NCBI RefSeq assembly: GCF_001194135.2
Contig: NC_068985.1
Coordinates: forward strand, 21,591,537-21,655,536
Length of the DNA stretch: 64,000 nucleotides
Direction of reading: 5' to 3'
Source of the DNA: Octopus bimaculoides
Taxonomy: Eukaryota
The notes below the pieces were generated by a model. It searched no databases. It saw nothing but the letters and a program-made list of their open reading frames with translations, and was not told the origin of the DNA. Positions 33,701-45,572 of the stretch are shown in pieces (within the stretch, counting starts at the first letter, position 1; every line of letters begins with the position of its first letter). Made by a program: the position numbers and the translations under genes.

Positions 33701-36700
33701 CCATTACACTCTTGGAATGGTAGGCATTAGGAAGGGCATCTAACTGTAGAAACCATGCCAAATCAGACTGGAACATGGTGCAGCGTTCCAGCTTAATAGT
33801 TCAAGTCAAACTGTCTAACCCATGCCAGCATGGAAAGCAGATGCTAAATGATGATGATGATGAATATAAAGCTTCAAAATCACACAAAAATGCTGATGGA
33901 TTACCAAAACTTCAGATCCAAGAGTCAATATAAAGAGTATCAGATTTAGTTTACAGGATTGTCAAGTATTGGATGAATTTGATTTACCACCATCATCCTG
34001 ATTAGGAGCCACTGTCATTACTACAATTTCTGAACACTGATGTGATACTTGCCATCATAAACAGTCATCATTATTGTTATTTTAAATTACATAATAACAT
34101 TTTATTAAATTGATACATGTTGTCATACAAAATTCATATTATTTTTATTGTTGAATGCTAAACAATTTATTATTAATTTGAAATTGGAATCAACCATTGA
34201 CATATCTGACAATTTAATTATTTTTGTTCTTATTTTTATTTATTCATCTATTATTATTGGCACAAACTGCTGAAGTGAGCACTGCTATATTTCATCATCT
34301 TCATTTAATGTCCATTTTCCATGCTGGCATGGGTTGGATGGCTTGACAAGAACTGGCAACACCAAGAGCTGCACCAGATTCCATCTGTTTTTGATTTGGT
34401 CTCTACAGCTGGATGCCTTTCCTAATGCTGGATGCCTTTACAGCTGGTTGCTTTTACAGAGTGCACTGGGTGCTTTTTTATGTGGCACCAGCTCTGGTGC
34501 TTTTAAGATGTCACCAGCACCAGTGCTTTTTACATGGCTTGTCTACACATATAAAGTGCCACCATCATCTTGCAGGGAATATGATTATTAGAACAATTAT
34601 TGATTCAAAACCCCAACATCGTTGTTGATGTAAGAGTTAAAACTGAAATTATCTTATTTCTTAGTTGATACAGCAATAAAGATTCAGCCTCAGCCTACTT
34701 TCATAACAATCAAAAAAGGTGCCAGCAGTAACTCACAAACAATGTTGAGTATGAAATCTTTTTTTTATTAAAACACAGTATTTAGAAGTCAACAATACAA
34801 AATATTCTCTAAGTAGACTTCATCATTCACACACACACACACACACACACACTAATCTTTCAAAATTCAAATCATCTTACCATCATCAACTTCTTTCTTA
34901 CGCTTCTTGGCTTCTCTCTCACCTGGTGTAGTTAAAAAAAAAAAAGAAAATTATAAGTACATCCAATATCATTAAGATTCTATTTCAAACTATTTGATGA
35001 TGGAAACAAAACCATGTCCATCATAATTATGAAATACTAACAAACATTCATCAACAGAGAAATTAAAGTATATACAAATTTAACTTTATGTACAAACCAT
35101 ACAAATTTATTTGTAGTCAGTATATTAAATAGCATTATGCAAACATGTAGCAAACATTTTGAATATGCAACACCAATTAAATTAGCAAATAAAAAGTGAT
35201 CAAACTGAGAGAAACTACTGAATGGTAGGAGTAGAGAAAACAAGCCAACAGAAATGACTTACCATTAGATTTTCCATTAGCTTTTGAATTAGGGGAATCA
35301 TCTGGTTCTAAAGCAGAAGATGAGTTTTAGTTAAATATTAGAAAAGAAACATATTCCTCAGTGAAACTATCTACCAAGATCTAGTTTATTTTATCAGCAA
35401 TCAGAATAAAAGACCATCATATACCTTCATTAGAATTTTCCTCGTTAGAATTCTCTTCATCAGAATGACCTGACTCAGCAGCTGGTGTAGTATTTTTTAC
35501 TGCTGCTTCATCCTCCTCCTCCTCATCGTCCTGTGCCTCCTCACCTTCATTACTCTCACTCTCCTCATCTTCAATACTTTCCTTCCCATCTGCCTCACTG
35601 TCGCCAAATTCTTCATCTCCTTTTGCTGCATACAAAACAAAGACAGACAACATTGAAGACTGAATCAGTATAATGTATTCAAGGCAAAAAAATCCACTAT
35701 CTTACAATACTAGTATCTCTTATAAACTACAACAGTCTACAAAGTAATACACTATATTTCACATATCAAAACACATTGATATGATTTACAACAAATCCAA
35801 ATTACGAAAAAATATCTAAATGTGTGGGAAATTCAATTAGCAGGTTGTTGGCACTCCGTCGTGGGTTCCAGTTGATCCGATCAACGGAACAGCCGGCTCG
35901 TGAAATTAACGTGCAAGTGGCTGAGCACTCCACAGACACGTGTACCCTTAACGTAGTTCTCGGGGATATTCAGCGTGACAAGGCTGACGCTTTGAATTAC
36001 AGGCACAACAGAAACAGGAAGTAAGAGTGAGAGAAAGTTGTGGTAAAAGAGTACAGCAGGGTTTGCCACCATCCCCTGCCGGAGCCTAGTGGAGCTTTAG
36101 GTGTTTTCGCTCAATAAACACTCACAACGCCCGGTCTGGGAATCGAAACCGCGAGTCCGTTGCCCTAACCACTGGGCCATTGCGCCTCCACTTCAATTAG
36201 CAGGTATGACTACATTATCAAGTAATTCAATTTTCACTTGCTTAGCTTCATCTCACTGTGAGTCACTTAAGTGTCATCTACCACAGTCTTGGATAGAGAG
36301 AAGTTGTATTACAGAAACTGGACAAACTGAAACTTGTGTGACCTGGGTTAACACCAAAACCTGGGCTCTCACTTTAGCAGAATCCACTCTGCTAGAAGCA
36401 ATTGGAATAATTTTTCCTCACCAGCCTCTGAAGCCCTAAAAAAAAAAAGCCACGTAGACTGTTCTTGGAAAATAAATACAAAGAAATAAATAAATGACAA
36501 CACAACAGAACACAATATCTTTCAGTAACTGTTTCCTATCCCACCTAAATGTGTTATCTCAGTCTGAAACTCTAATAGTGCATGAGAAAATGTTTGTCAT
36601 TAAGCCAGGACGTATTGCAAAATTGTGTATGAGTGAATTATTTCTGTAACGTAAGTCTAATGAAGCACAAACACAGTGAGTAATTGAAATACAAATATCT

Positions 36701-39700
36701 TAACCAAATCTTACCAGGTGAATCGTTATTTTGTTTTAACACATTAACATTTGGAACGTCTGCAACTTCCTAAAAAAAAAAAAAGAAAAGGAAGAAATCA
36801 AAAAACATATATAAAACAATAAAAATTCATATAAAGAAATAAATTTTTTTAAATCAACAGAAACATCTGACACTGTGAGTCTGTTGACAGCAATTGCACC
36901 AACTTTTGTAGAAAATTAACATCAAGCCACTCATACCTCTTCCTGCCAGGTTAAAAAATTTAGAGCTACTACAACAATAGTTAAATCTAGAGAGAGCATA
37001 GAGATGCTAAAGTGTTGTGAATAAGATCTAAGATGGAATGGGGTCTCAGCCTGCTTCCTTAGAAGCAAGGAACACAGGTACAAATTCCCCTGGGTTAATA
37101 GCAGCAATGATGTGGGTGGAAAAGGCATGTTGTTGGCAGAGAAATGTATTGATAAAATAACTGAGCCACACAGAATATGTAATAGAATGATTAAGTTAAG
37201 TCTTGTCTTGGACAAAATGAGAGACAGTTATCTCTGTATATACCCTACAATCAGTTAATAGATGAACAAAAGGGCTGGTTCTGAGACTCTCCTACAGAAT
37301 ACCTCAATAGTGAATGACTAACCTCCTTATAAAAGCTGGTGATGTTAATGGATATGTTGGGTAATACCATGTCTTTTGTGGCTATGGTTATTGTTTAAGG
37401 AATAAGAAAGAATCAAGGCCTTGGAATTCTGTGACACTGATGACCTAACAATTTGCTAACACCAACATCATGAAGAGGACCAATCAAGTGGATACACAAG
37501 CTAAATTGATTTCATGCCTTCCTGGAGGTGGGGCATCATCATCATCGTTTAACGTCCGCTTTCCATGCTAGCATGGGTTGGACGATTTGACGGAGGACTG
37601 GCAAGCCAGAAGGCTGCATCAGGCTCCAATCTGATCTGGCAGAGTTTCTACAGCTGGATGCCCTTCCTAATGCCAACCACTCCAAGAGTGTAGTGGGTGC
37701 TTTTACGTGCCACCGGCATGAGGGCCAGTTACACGGTACTGGCAACGGCCACGCTCAAAAAGGTGTTTTTTACGTGCCACCTGCATGGGAGCCAGTCCAG
37801 CAGCACTGGCAATGACCTCGCTCGAATGATTTTGAAAAATGTAATACCTAACATAGACAAGTACCCAGAGTAAGAGCTAGGAAAACTCATAGCATAAGCC
37901 AACTTGAAGATGTAGACACTCAAAGAGCCAATGACCAGTCATAGGTTCAGAGAAGTGCTAGACACCTACCTACAACAGGGGACAATAGAGTTCTTATGAT
38001 ACAAAATACTGAGGGATACAAACCAGATCTGTGGCTGGTGTAAGCCTATAGCTAGATAGGTGATATAATGGTGGAGTACTGTAGATACTTGAAGCAAAGA
38101 GACAGGTTTGGAAAAATTGCAGGAAAGAGACAACAAAGAGCAATACCAAGCAACCAGAAGAGAAGCTAAACATCAGATATTCAGAGCTGAAATGAAGAGG
38201 TTTTCATAGGTTCGGGAATGTGAAGTCTTTCAGATTAGAAGGTAGTAAATGAGAGAAAATCAAGATGTCATTGAGAAAAGTATACAAAATGATAATGGTA
38301 CACTTACTCTAAATGAAATGGAAAGAGGCAAAGAAGTACTATTATAAGAGACTGTTAAATGTAGAGAATGTACAGGAGAGAGAGGGTGTATTCCATGTAA
38401 ACCCTGCAAAGTTGACAGTATTATATAGTTGTAAGTGAAATTAAGGATATAAAAGGCAGATCATGGAAATTGCAGAATGAATTAATTAGAAAGAAAATTA
38501 ACCTAGATGAGATGCATTCAATTTTGTGCTACAAATTTGTACCATCTCTCTAGTGAAATAACTGTAGAAGTACTTAGATAGGAGTAAACCACTTTGCTTG
38601 GCATTTGGCAACCTGGAGAAGTCCTCTGACAAGGTTCTAAGTTCTGTGATCTGGTGGTCAATAAGAAAGACAAATGGTTTGCAAGGGCCATACAATCCAT
38701 ATACAAAGGCATCTATTATAATCTTCCAGGTTGTAAACAGAGGACTTTAAAACTGGCTGTCTTTGAGACATATTACTGTATATTGATGATCTACTTCTTA
38801 TATTTGAATCTATAGAAGATTTAGAGAAGAAATTCCAGACCTGGAAATGAAATCTAGAATTGAGATTTCTCAAACTAAATATGATAAAGACTAAAACTTT
38901 ATTAAGTAGGAATTCCATTCAGTATACTTAATGTAAACTATGGGCATAGAAGGGATGCTGTAAGACCATAGACAGACTGATAGAGAAGGTAGACTTCATT
39001 TGTAGCAGATGTATAAAGTTAGTTAGTAATAATACCCATGAAATACATTTTTTTCAAATGCTGAGAAGTCTCCTAGATGTAGTTGAAGTGGTGTATTGAA
39101 AGCATAAGTGACTAGAGTAAGAAGGGAAGTATAGAAAGTTCAGGAAGCTATTATTTCAGTTGGTAACAAAGGGTTTCTCTTTCAAAACAAAGAGCAGAAT
39201 GTATGGTGATTGTATAGTGAGACAGAGACCTTAAATGCAGAGCATCTATATCTGGAAAGAAATCAAATGAACCTGCTTTACTAGGTAAGTGTGCAAGAAA
39301 GAAGATTGTACTGGTGTGGGTATGTAATGTATATGAAAACGGTCAGACTTAGTGATGAAGTGGTGAAGACTGATCTCAAGAAGTTAAACTTAAGGAAGAA
39401 GTTGACAAAGAACAGTGATAAATGGGAACACACAGTGCTCAGAAGACCTGGCCACTATGCAAGCATGGCAAAACAGATTTTTAAAATAATGGTGATGGTG
39501 ATAGTAGCTGGAATATATATCATTGGACCTTTTGCCTATTATATTCCGACCAAACCTCCATTTACCACCATATTCATTAGCCTCTCATCTATCATATTCA
39601 CTTCACTATGCTGCCTATATAACCAGAGATGTCATTCGATTTGTTTGTATTCAATCCACTCACCACCATACATCTACCACGCCACTTCTCTTCCATCATG

Positions 39701-42700
39701 ATGCTTGTGTTAACATGCATGGAATCTTCACCCTCAACTGTTTACCACCATTCTCCACACATGTAATTCTTCATTGACTTTTATCAGTTTCACTCCCATC
39801 CATCTCTAATGCTGCCCTTTAGTCACTCTCTTTTACCCAGTTTTATTACTTGACACTGCTCATGCTGTTCTCTATTCAATCTCTTTATCAATAACAACAA
39901 ATAGTCATCAGTGTCTCTCTTCTATTACTCCTTCCCCAACCATTCTATTACTGTTTCACTCCATCACAATCATACTACCTCTCTCTCCTCTTTCAACCTC
40001 TTGATGAACGCATCTAATCACACTCTTGGTTATGTTTGTTATGAAAGAACAGAGACTACATAGAACTCTTTAGTTTTGCAAGGTATAAGACAACTTTTCT
40101 AATGCTGGTACTACAATAAAATACACTTTTATAAACACACTATAAAGTGATTGGATAACGAAGACAACACAGAGTAGAGAGGATTTTAGTCATACCAAGT
40201 ACATAACCTCTCTGATGCTGGTCCCATGATAAAATGCACCCAGTACACCTAAAATAGTTGGTGTTGGGTAAGGCACCCTGCCAGAGGAAGCCCCCCCCCC
40301 CCAAATGAGATGTACAAGCAAGATAATATCTAGGCATGTAGTGATTCTGAGACAATGATGATATGTCCAAACCTTGACAACATGGAAAGGGAGGCATAAA
40401 ATAAATGATGATAAGTATATTAATATTTATTAACTTTGAAATAAGAAAACAAAAATAGAATATATGAACTTACAGCATCCATTTCTTCTGGTTCTGAAAA
40501 AGACTCCTCATTAGATTCTTCAGCTTCAGCTGACTTTTTTGGATTCTAGTTCAAATTATAAAAGTCAGTAATTGAAACAAATATTCAAACTCAAGTACAT
40601 CATAGAGAAAATATAAGCAAACAAAATAAGTATATGTTAAATCTCTGAACGAGGTATTAAGTATATTTTGTATAAAATTATTGTACCCCAACTGAATGCT
40701 TCACAAAAGCCTATGATACTTCTGAACTGCAGTAGCCTTCTAAGCCTATTTCTCACCACAGCATTACTTATCCAGCGATTCTATGTTGTTTTTTTTTTAA
40801 TATATATACTAGATCTGAATTCATTACCGCCAAGAGGTTCTGGTCTCACTATTAGAGAACTCGTGTTTAAGGGACTAATTAGTATTGAATTTATTTATCA
40901 AATACTCTCTAGCGTTGGTCGATTTCCTACCACGAAAGCATTTAACACGTTCTGCTCTTGAATCTTGCTTCCACATGATTGGCAAAGAACGTCATAAAAT
41001 CGTGTTTTCCATAGCAATACTTTTTAAAACATATTTAATGAAAGTTCATCTCTTAACAGACTACGCTGGAAGCATCTCAATCTTATGTTCACCGCCCTTC
41101 CTCCACATATCTCCCCAAAATATAGAAAATGCAGAGAAATTATTTCAATAAAACATCACTAATACTACTATCTACACACTGATCAAGATCGGTTGGACCT
41201 TATGATAGTCATGAAACTCATCAGCATTAGAAAATAAAATTCACTAAAATACGAAGTGACCATAGGCAATATTAAATAAAATGAAAAAAAAAAACATGAA
41301 AAATATTTCTTTGTCGTTAAGTATGAATTATTAATGAACGAGACAAATATAATAGTTCATAAGCTGAGAATAACTGCTTAAAAATTCAGTAAGATGCCTG
41401 AATTTCGTGAACTATTTTAAGGATCAACCAAACATTTTACAATGACAAACGATATATTATTTTAACACAATGGTTAACAGATTCTTTGTGCTAGAAAGAA
41501 TATCACAGTTCGAGAAAAGGGTTTATGAAAAGAAAATATGCAACATTGATTGCTCAAAATTTTCAGTTAATTTCACGTTTTGAAAATCTTATCTTCGTTA
41601 CGTTTCTTGTTATTTTAATTGCAAATGTCATGGTTGATAAGACATCCTATTTCGATTCCTTGCTCACTTATCTGAAGTGGTTTGAGACAAGAAAACCAGA
41701 AGTAAACACAACTCATAAGCTACCCAAACAGACGTATCTTCGTATTTGGGGCCCACATTTTAATGTTACATCAAAAGTTAACAAATTGAAATAAATAAAT
41801 AAAAATTGATATATAAACAGGCTATTCTACAAGATGTATCACTCACACAATTGCGTAAACTTTTTGATACAATGGTGTGTTGTACAATAAATAGTTTGTG
41901 CTAACAGAACGAACTCTCGTGAGAATAATTCTGACCATGACAAGAAATCATTTCTCATTCATGACAAAGCAATTAAGATAACCGAGCAACGTGCAATGAC
42001 AGACAACATAGAATTTAACAGTATATAACTGAAAAAGTGCATCATGTTTACCTCATACCCCTTTTCATGGCGCAGCTTAGCCTTCACCGTAGACTCACAA
42101 TACCGGTTAGTGGGTGTTGTTGTAAGACCAGGTTGACACCAGCTTGCACACAAACCAGGAAATCCATTGCAGCATCCAGAATCATGTGATAGTCGATAAC
42201 CACTTGATGTTTGCACAGTAACCATTTATCGAAACACGGCCAAATCAAAACGATATCGCAGCCAATGGCTTATTTTCAGTAGCTCTCGAGCCAATGGCAT
42301 TACTGACCGACACACGAGGAACCACGACAGCCAAATTCACCGCATGGGTGAAAAGACGCACGTACCAAAGCGACACCATAATTGCGAAAATTTACCGAAT
42401 CGAGATCTTGTTTTGTTTAATCAGTATAATGTAATGATTAATCATTATTACAAATTAGATCCTCTAATTCTGAACAAGACCTAAATAATGATATAATAAA
42501 AGTCTTCCACTAATCGCAACGATAAAAGCTTTAAACGTTATTGTTTCTAAAGGGTAATTAGAGAAAAAAATATTAGAATTTCATAACCATATGTACTCAG
42601 GAATGCATTTTATGTAGTAATATAATAATACACAAAGAAGTCCTAACTTCTTAAATCTATCGCCGTATTACGTTCTGCTAATTTCAGTTGACCTATATTA

Positions 42701-43247
42701 GAATGTGTATGTAGTCGTCTTTGTCAGTTCAAACTCGTGGATCAAGTGCCACCGTTGAATTCTCACAGCTTCTACAAACAATGGCCTCTTTTATTTACAA
42801 ACTAAACCAAGTTGTTTAAAATTAAGGATGCATATATATATTATATATAAGAATATACATAAAATGATATAGATAAATGCATATATCTGCTTTTCCCATT
42901 TCTAGGAAATAAGCAATCAGATGAAGATGTGAGAAATTTAGGTTAAAACAAGTACTTGATATTTTTCATTTTAAGCAGAATCCGTGCATTTTGTCATAAG
43001 ATGAATATATATAAATACATATAAATATTTATATATATTTATAATTTCCTAAATAATGTAGTTATACGAGATCTTATAGTTATTTGTGATTTGTGGGAGA
43101 TTTAGAAATATTAACACTCCCATTTCCTTCAAGATTAATATTGTAAATATAACCCGTTTACAAATAAATTTTATGTATTCAAAAGATTTTAGCCTCTAAA
43201 TAAAACAGGAAACTATCGTAACATACCTTATTCTTTCTAGCAGCCAT
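27792..43247 (-). CDS. NCL: Nucleolin-like copy B, 13 visible coding exons (~527 codons); final exon presumed in gap 27479-27762
   Basis: Exons (minus strand) 43247-43227, 40545-40474, 36769-36715, 35625-35425, 35307-35263, 34922-34881, 30862-30745, 30645-30500, 29756-29624, 29402-29263, 29156-29021, 28888-28752, 28127-27792. GT-AG with the same phases as copy A and an open frame. 3'UTR homology resumes at ~27460-27300. Confidence 0.9.
31330..33863 (+). mobile_element. RTE-clade LINE, 5'-truncated and frameshifted, antisense in copy B intron 6
   Basis: Endonuclease remnant (LGDFNG), RT segments (NYRAVNFLDQVLKV, QFDFVPGRSTTGAIF, FVDIEKAFNRVP, ADDLVL), C-terminal region and (TGA)n tail. Confidence 0.9.
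35846..36191 (-). mobile_element. Full-length tRNA-derived SINE, family 2
   Basis: Minus strand begins TGGAGGCGCAATGGCCCAGTGGTTAGGG (A box) with GGTTTCGATTCCC (B box); 14-bp TSD TTCAATTAGCAGGT at 35832-35845 and 36192-36205. Confidence 0.9.
36930..39480 (+). mobile_element. Older, heavily decayed RTE LINE with a nested tail insertion
   Basis: AGDVNGYVG endonuclease remnant near 37325, RT-like fragments 38450-39450 paralleling the 31330-33863 copy, nested (-) tail copy at ~37534-37830. Confidence 0.65.
42029..42339 (-). other. Conserved intron-1 non-coding element, copy B
   Basis: Reverse complement of the copy A and C elements, in the same orientation relative to its host gene; donor-like GAG|GTAAAC with exon end at 42052. 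Confidence 0.9.
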
Positions 43248-43944
43248 TTCACTTTGTTTTCTGGGATAATATACCGAATAAAAAGTTCAGCTGCTATGAA
43301 TGTTCTCTGTAACTGTAGCTCGAAGCTGTACGTACACTTTACTTAGCAGTGGCAAGGTATAGCCACCACCATGTAGTTTCGTATCTATTGAATAAATATC
43401 TCCAGCATTTGATTTGATAATTAATTTTAATTTTATTACCATTTATTGCTGGATAATAAAAGCTGAAGTTATTTCATTGAACCCTTTACTCAATGTAAAT
43501 ATATTTATTGAAAATCTGCTGGAGTAATATCAAATTACGAGTGACAAAATGGGCGCTAACTTGATGTCGTAACTGAAGAAATAGTAATTAAATAAGTAAA
43601 ATTATTTTCTTCATTGTCCATAGTAACGAGTAAAAAAATCATTATAATAAAACAAATGACTAATGAAGATAAAAGGACCGGGAGACAACCCTGGAAATTT
43701 GATAAATTAAAATTAACTGAATATTGAATGTAGTGAAGAGTGAGCTGGTACGATGACAACTCTGAACATGTTTTAATATTATTAGACCTCATCAGTGAAG
43801 CATAAATTAACCATAACAACATCTTACAAGGACTGGAGAGAGTATAGGATTTCAAAGAATTAACACTAAGTGATTGAGATAAATTGAAACAATGATTTGA
43901 AAAATACATAAATACACTTGCTACAGTAAAAGACAGGGGACGGA

Positions 43945-44055
43945 GGCAGATAATAGCTTGGCAGAAACGTTAGCACGCCAGGCGAAATGCCTAGCGGTAT
44001 TTTGTCTGTCTTTACGTTCTGAGTTCAAATTCCGTCGAGGTCGACTTTGTGTTAT
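43945..44055 (+). mobile_element. SINE family 3 fragment (5' part)
   Basis: GGCAGAAACGTTAGCACGCC...TTCTGAGTTCAAATTCC...GACTTTG; longer copy at ~52530-52745 and partial copy at ~1830-1995. Confidence 0.65.
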
Positions 44056-45572
44056 GAATTCAGTGTGTCACTCTTGCATACACACACACACGTGTGAGTA
44101 CATACATATATATATGTGTTGGTGTACATACATACATATGTACATACATACATATATATATGTAGGCACATACATATGTACACACACATATCCTTCTCAT
44201 AATGAGTCACAGAAAAGTTTCCAGAAGGAGGCTTTTTTGGTAAGTATATAATATAATTCATGTCTTAGTTTGTTATGACAAGGGGAACTACAAACTAACT
44301 AAACAATGCTGTGAATGCATGGTATCAAATATTTATTTCAAGAATTTTGAAGAATTGCAATTTTGTTTTGTTCTTGAACTAGTTATTGTTAATGCATTTG
44401 AGAAACAATATGAAATTTGCTACATATATCATAATTGGCAATATTGAAAAAAAAAAGGAATTGAAGAAGAGAAATGAAAGGAAAGAAGTTGGGATAATAC
44501 AGGTGAAGGTGAAACAGGTAGAATAAGGTGTCCAAGTAAAATTGATAAATTCTAGTTTAGAGTACAAACATGTAGACAAGATACTAGTTCTAATTTGTGG
44601 GGAATATAAACAAGTGCATCTAATTGATTAGTTGTAGAGAAGAAGTAGAAATTTATTAAAAGGTGTCTCTGATTTGATGGTTTGGCTTGAAAAACATAAA
44701 GCCATGAATGGGCTTAAATATATGACAGAGTGAAAAGTTCTGGGTTTTGGGGACAGAGTATGGTAACTGGCTGCTGTTGTTAAATAGTGTGATTTTACAT
44801 TTATCTGAAATAAAAGTAAAGTTAATGATAGAACATTATATATAAATCAATGTAACTTAGATTTGAGGGGGAAAGAAATTAAATCAAAATGAATGTCTGT
44901 AGAACAGTAAGTTCATGAGAAAGAATATGAGGCCTGATAAGACCGAAAAATTACTGTTGCTTTCTCTAGTTGCTTTAAACTGCAGCTCCATTCCAATCAA
45001 TTCTAATCTATTCTGGATCCATTCTAATCTTCGCAGTCTATCTTATCTAACAATTTCGATCAACTGATCTTATTGGAGTTATTTCCCTTCCTATACCAGT
45101 ATGCAGAATACGCTCTGAGATATTTTCCCATCAGCCATTTTATCGATAGTGCATTTTGCTTGAGTTTAAGGTTCCTTTCTCTGTTGTGTATAGACGTTCG
45201 AGATTTCATACGCATTATTAGAGTTGACTTTTATTTGCTCTTCCGCCAACTTTTGAAATCTCAAATACAGTACTTCATTGTTATAAAAAAAAAAAAATCT
45301 TAAATGTAATATTTTGGAATGATATTAGCCTGCAATAAGTAGTCTAGGTGAAATTTGAATTAATAATTGTTTCGTTACTAACAACCATTATCTCTATAAT
45401 AAAAACAAAATCAAATTCTGGAGATATTTATTCAGTAAATACGAAACTATATCATAGTGGCTACGCCATAAAGTGAATTAGACTGTGCACACGTATTCAT
45501 TCTTCTTTTACAGAGAAAATTCAGAGCAAGTGACATTTTTGTTCGATATAATATTCCAGAAAACAAAGTGAA

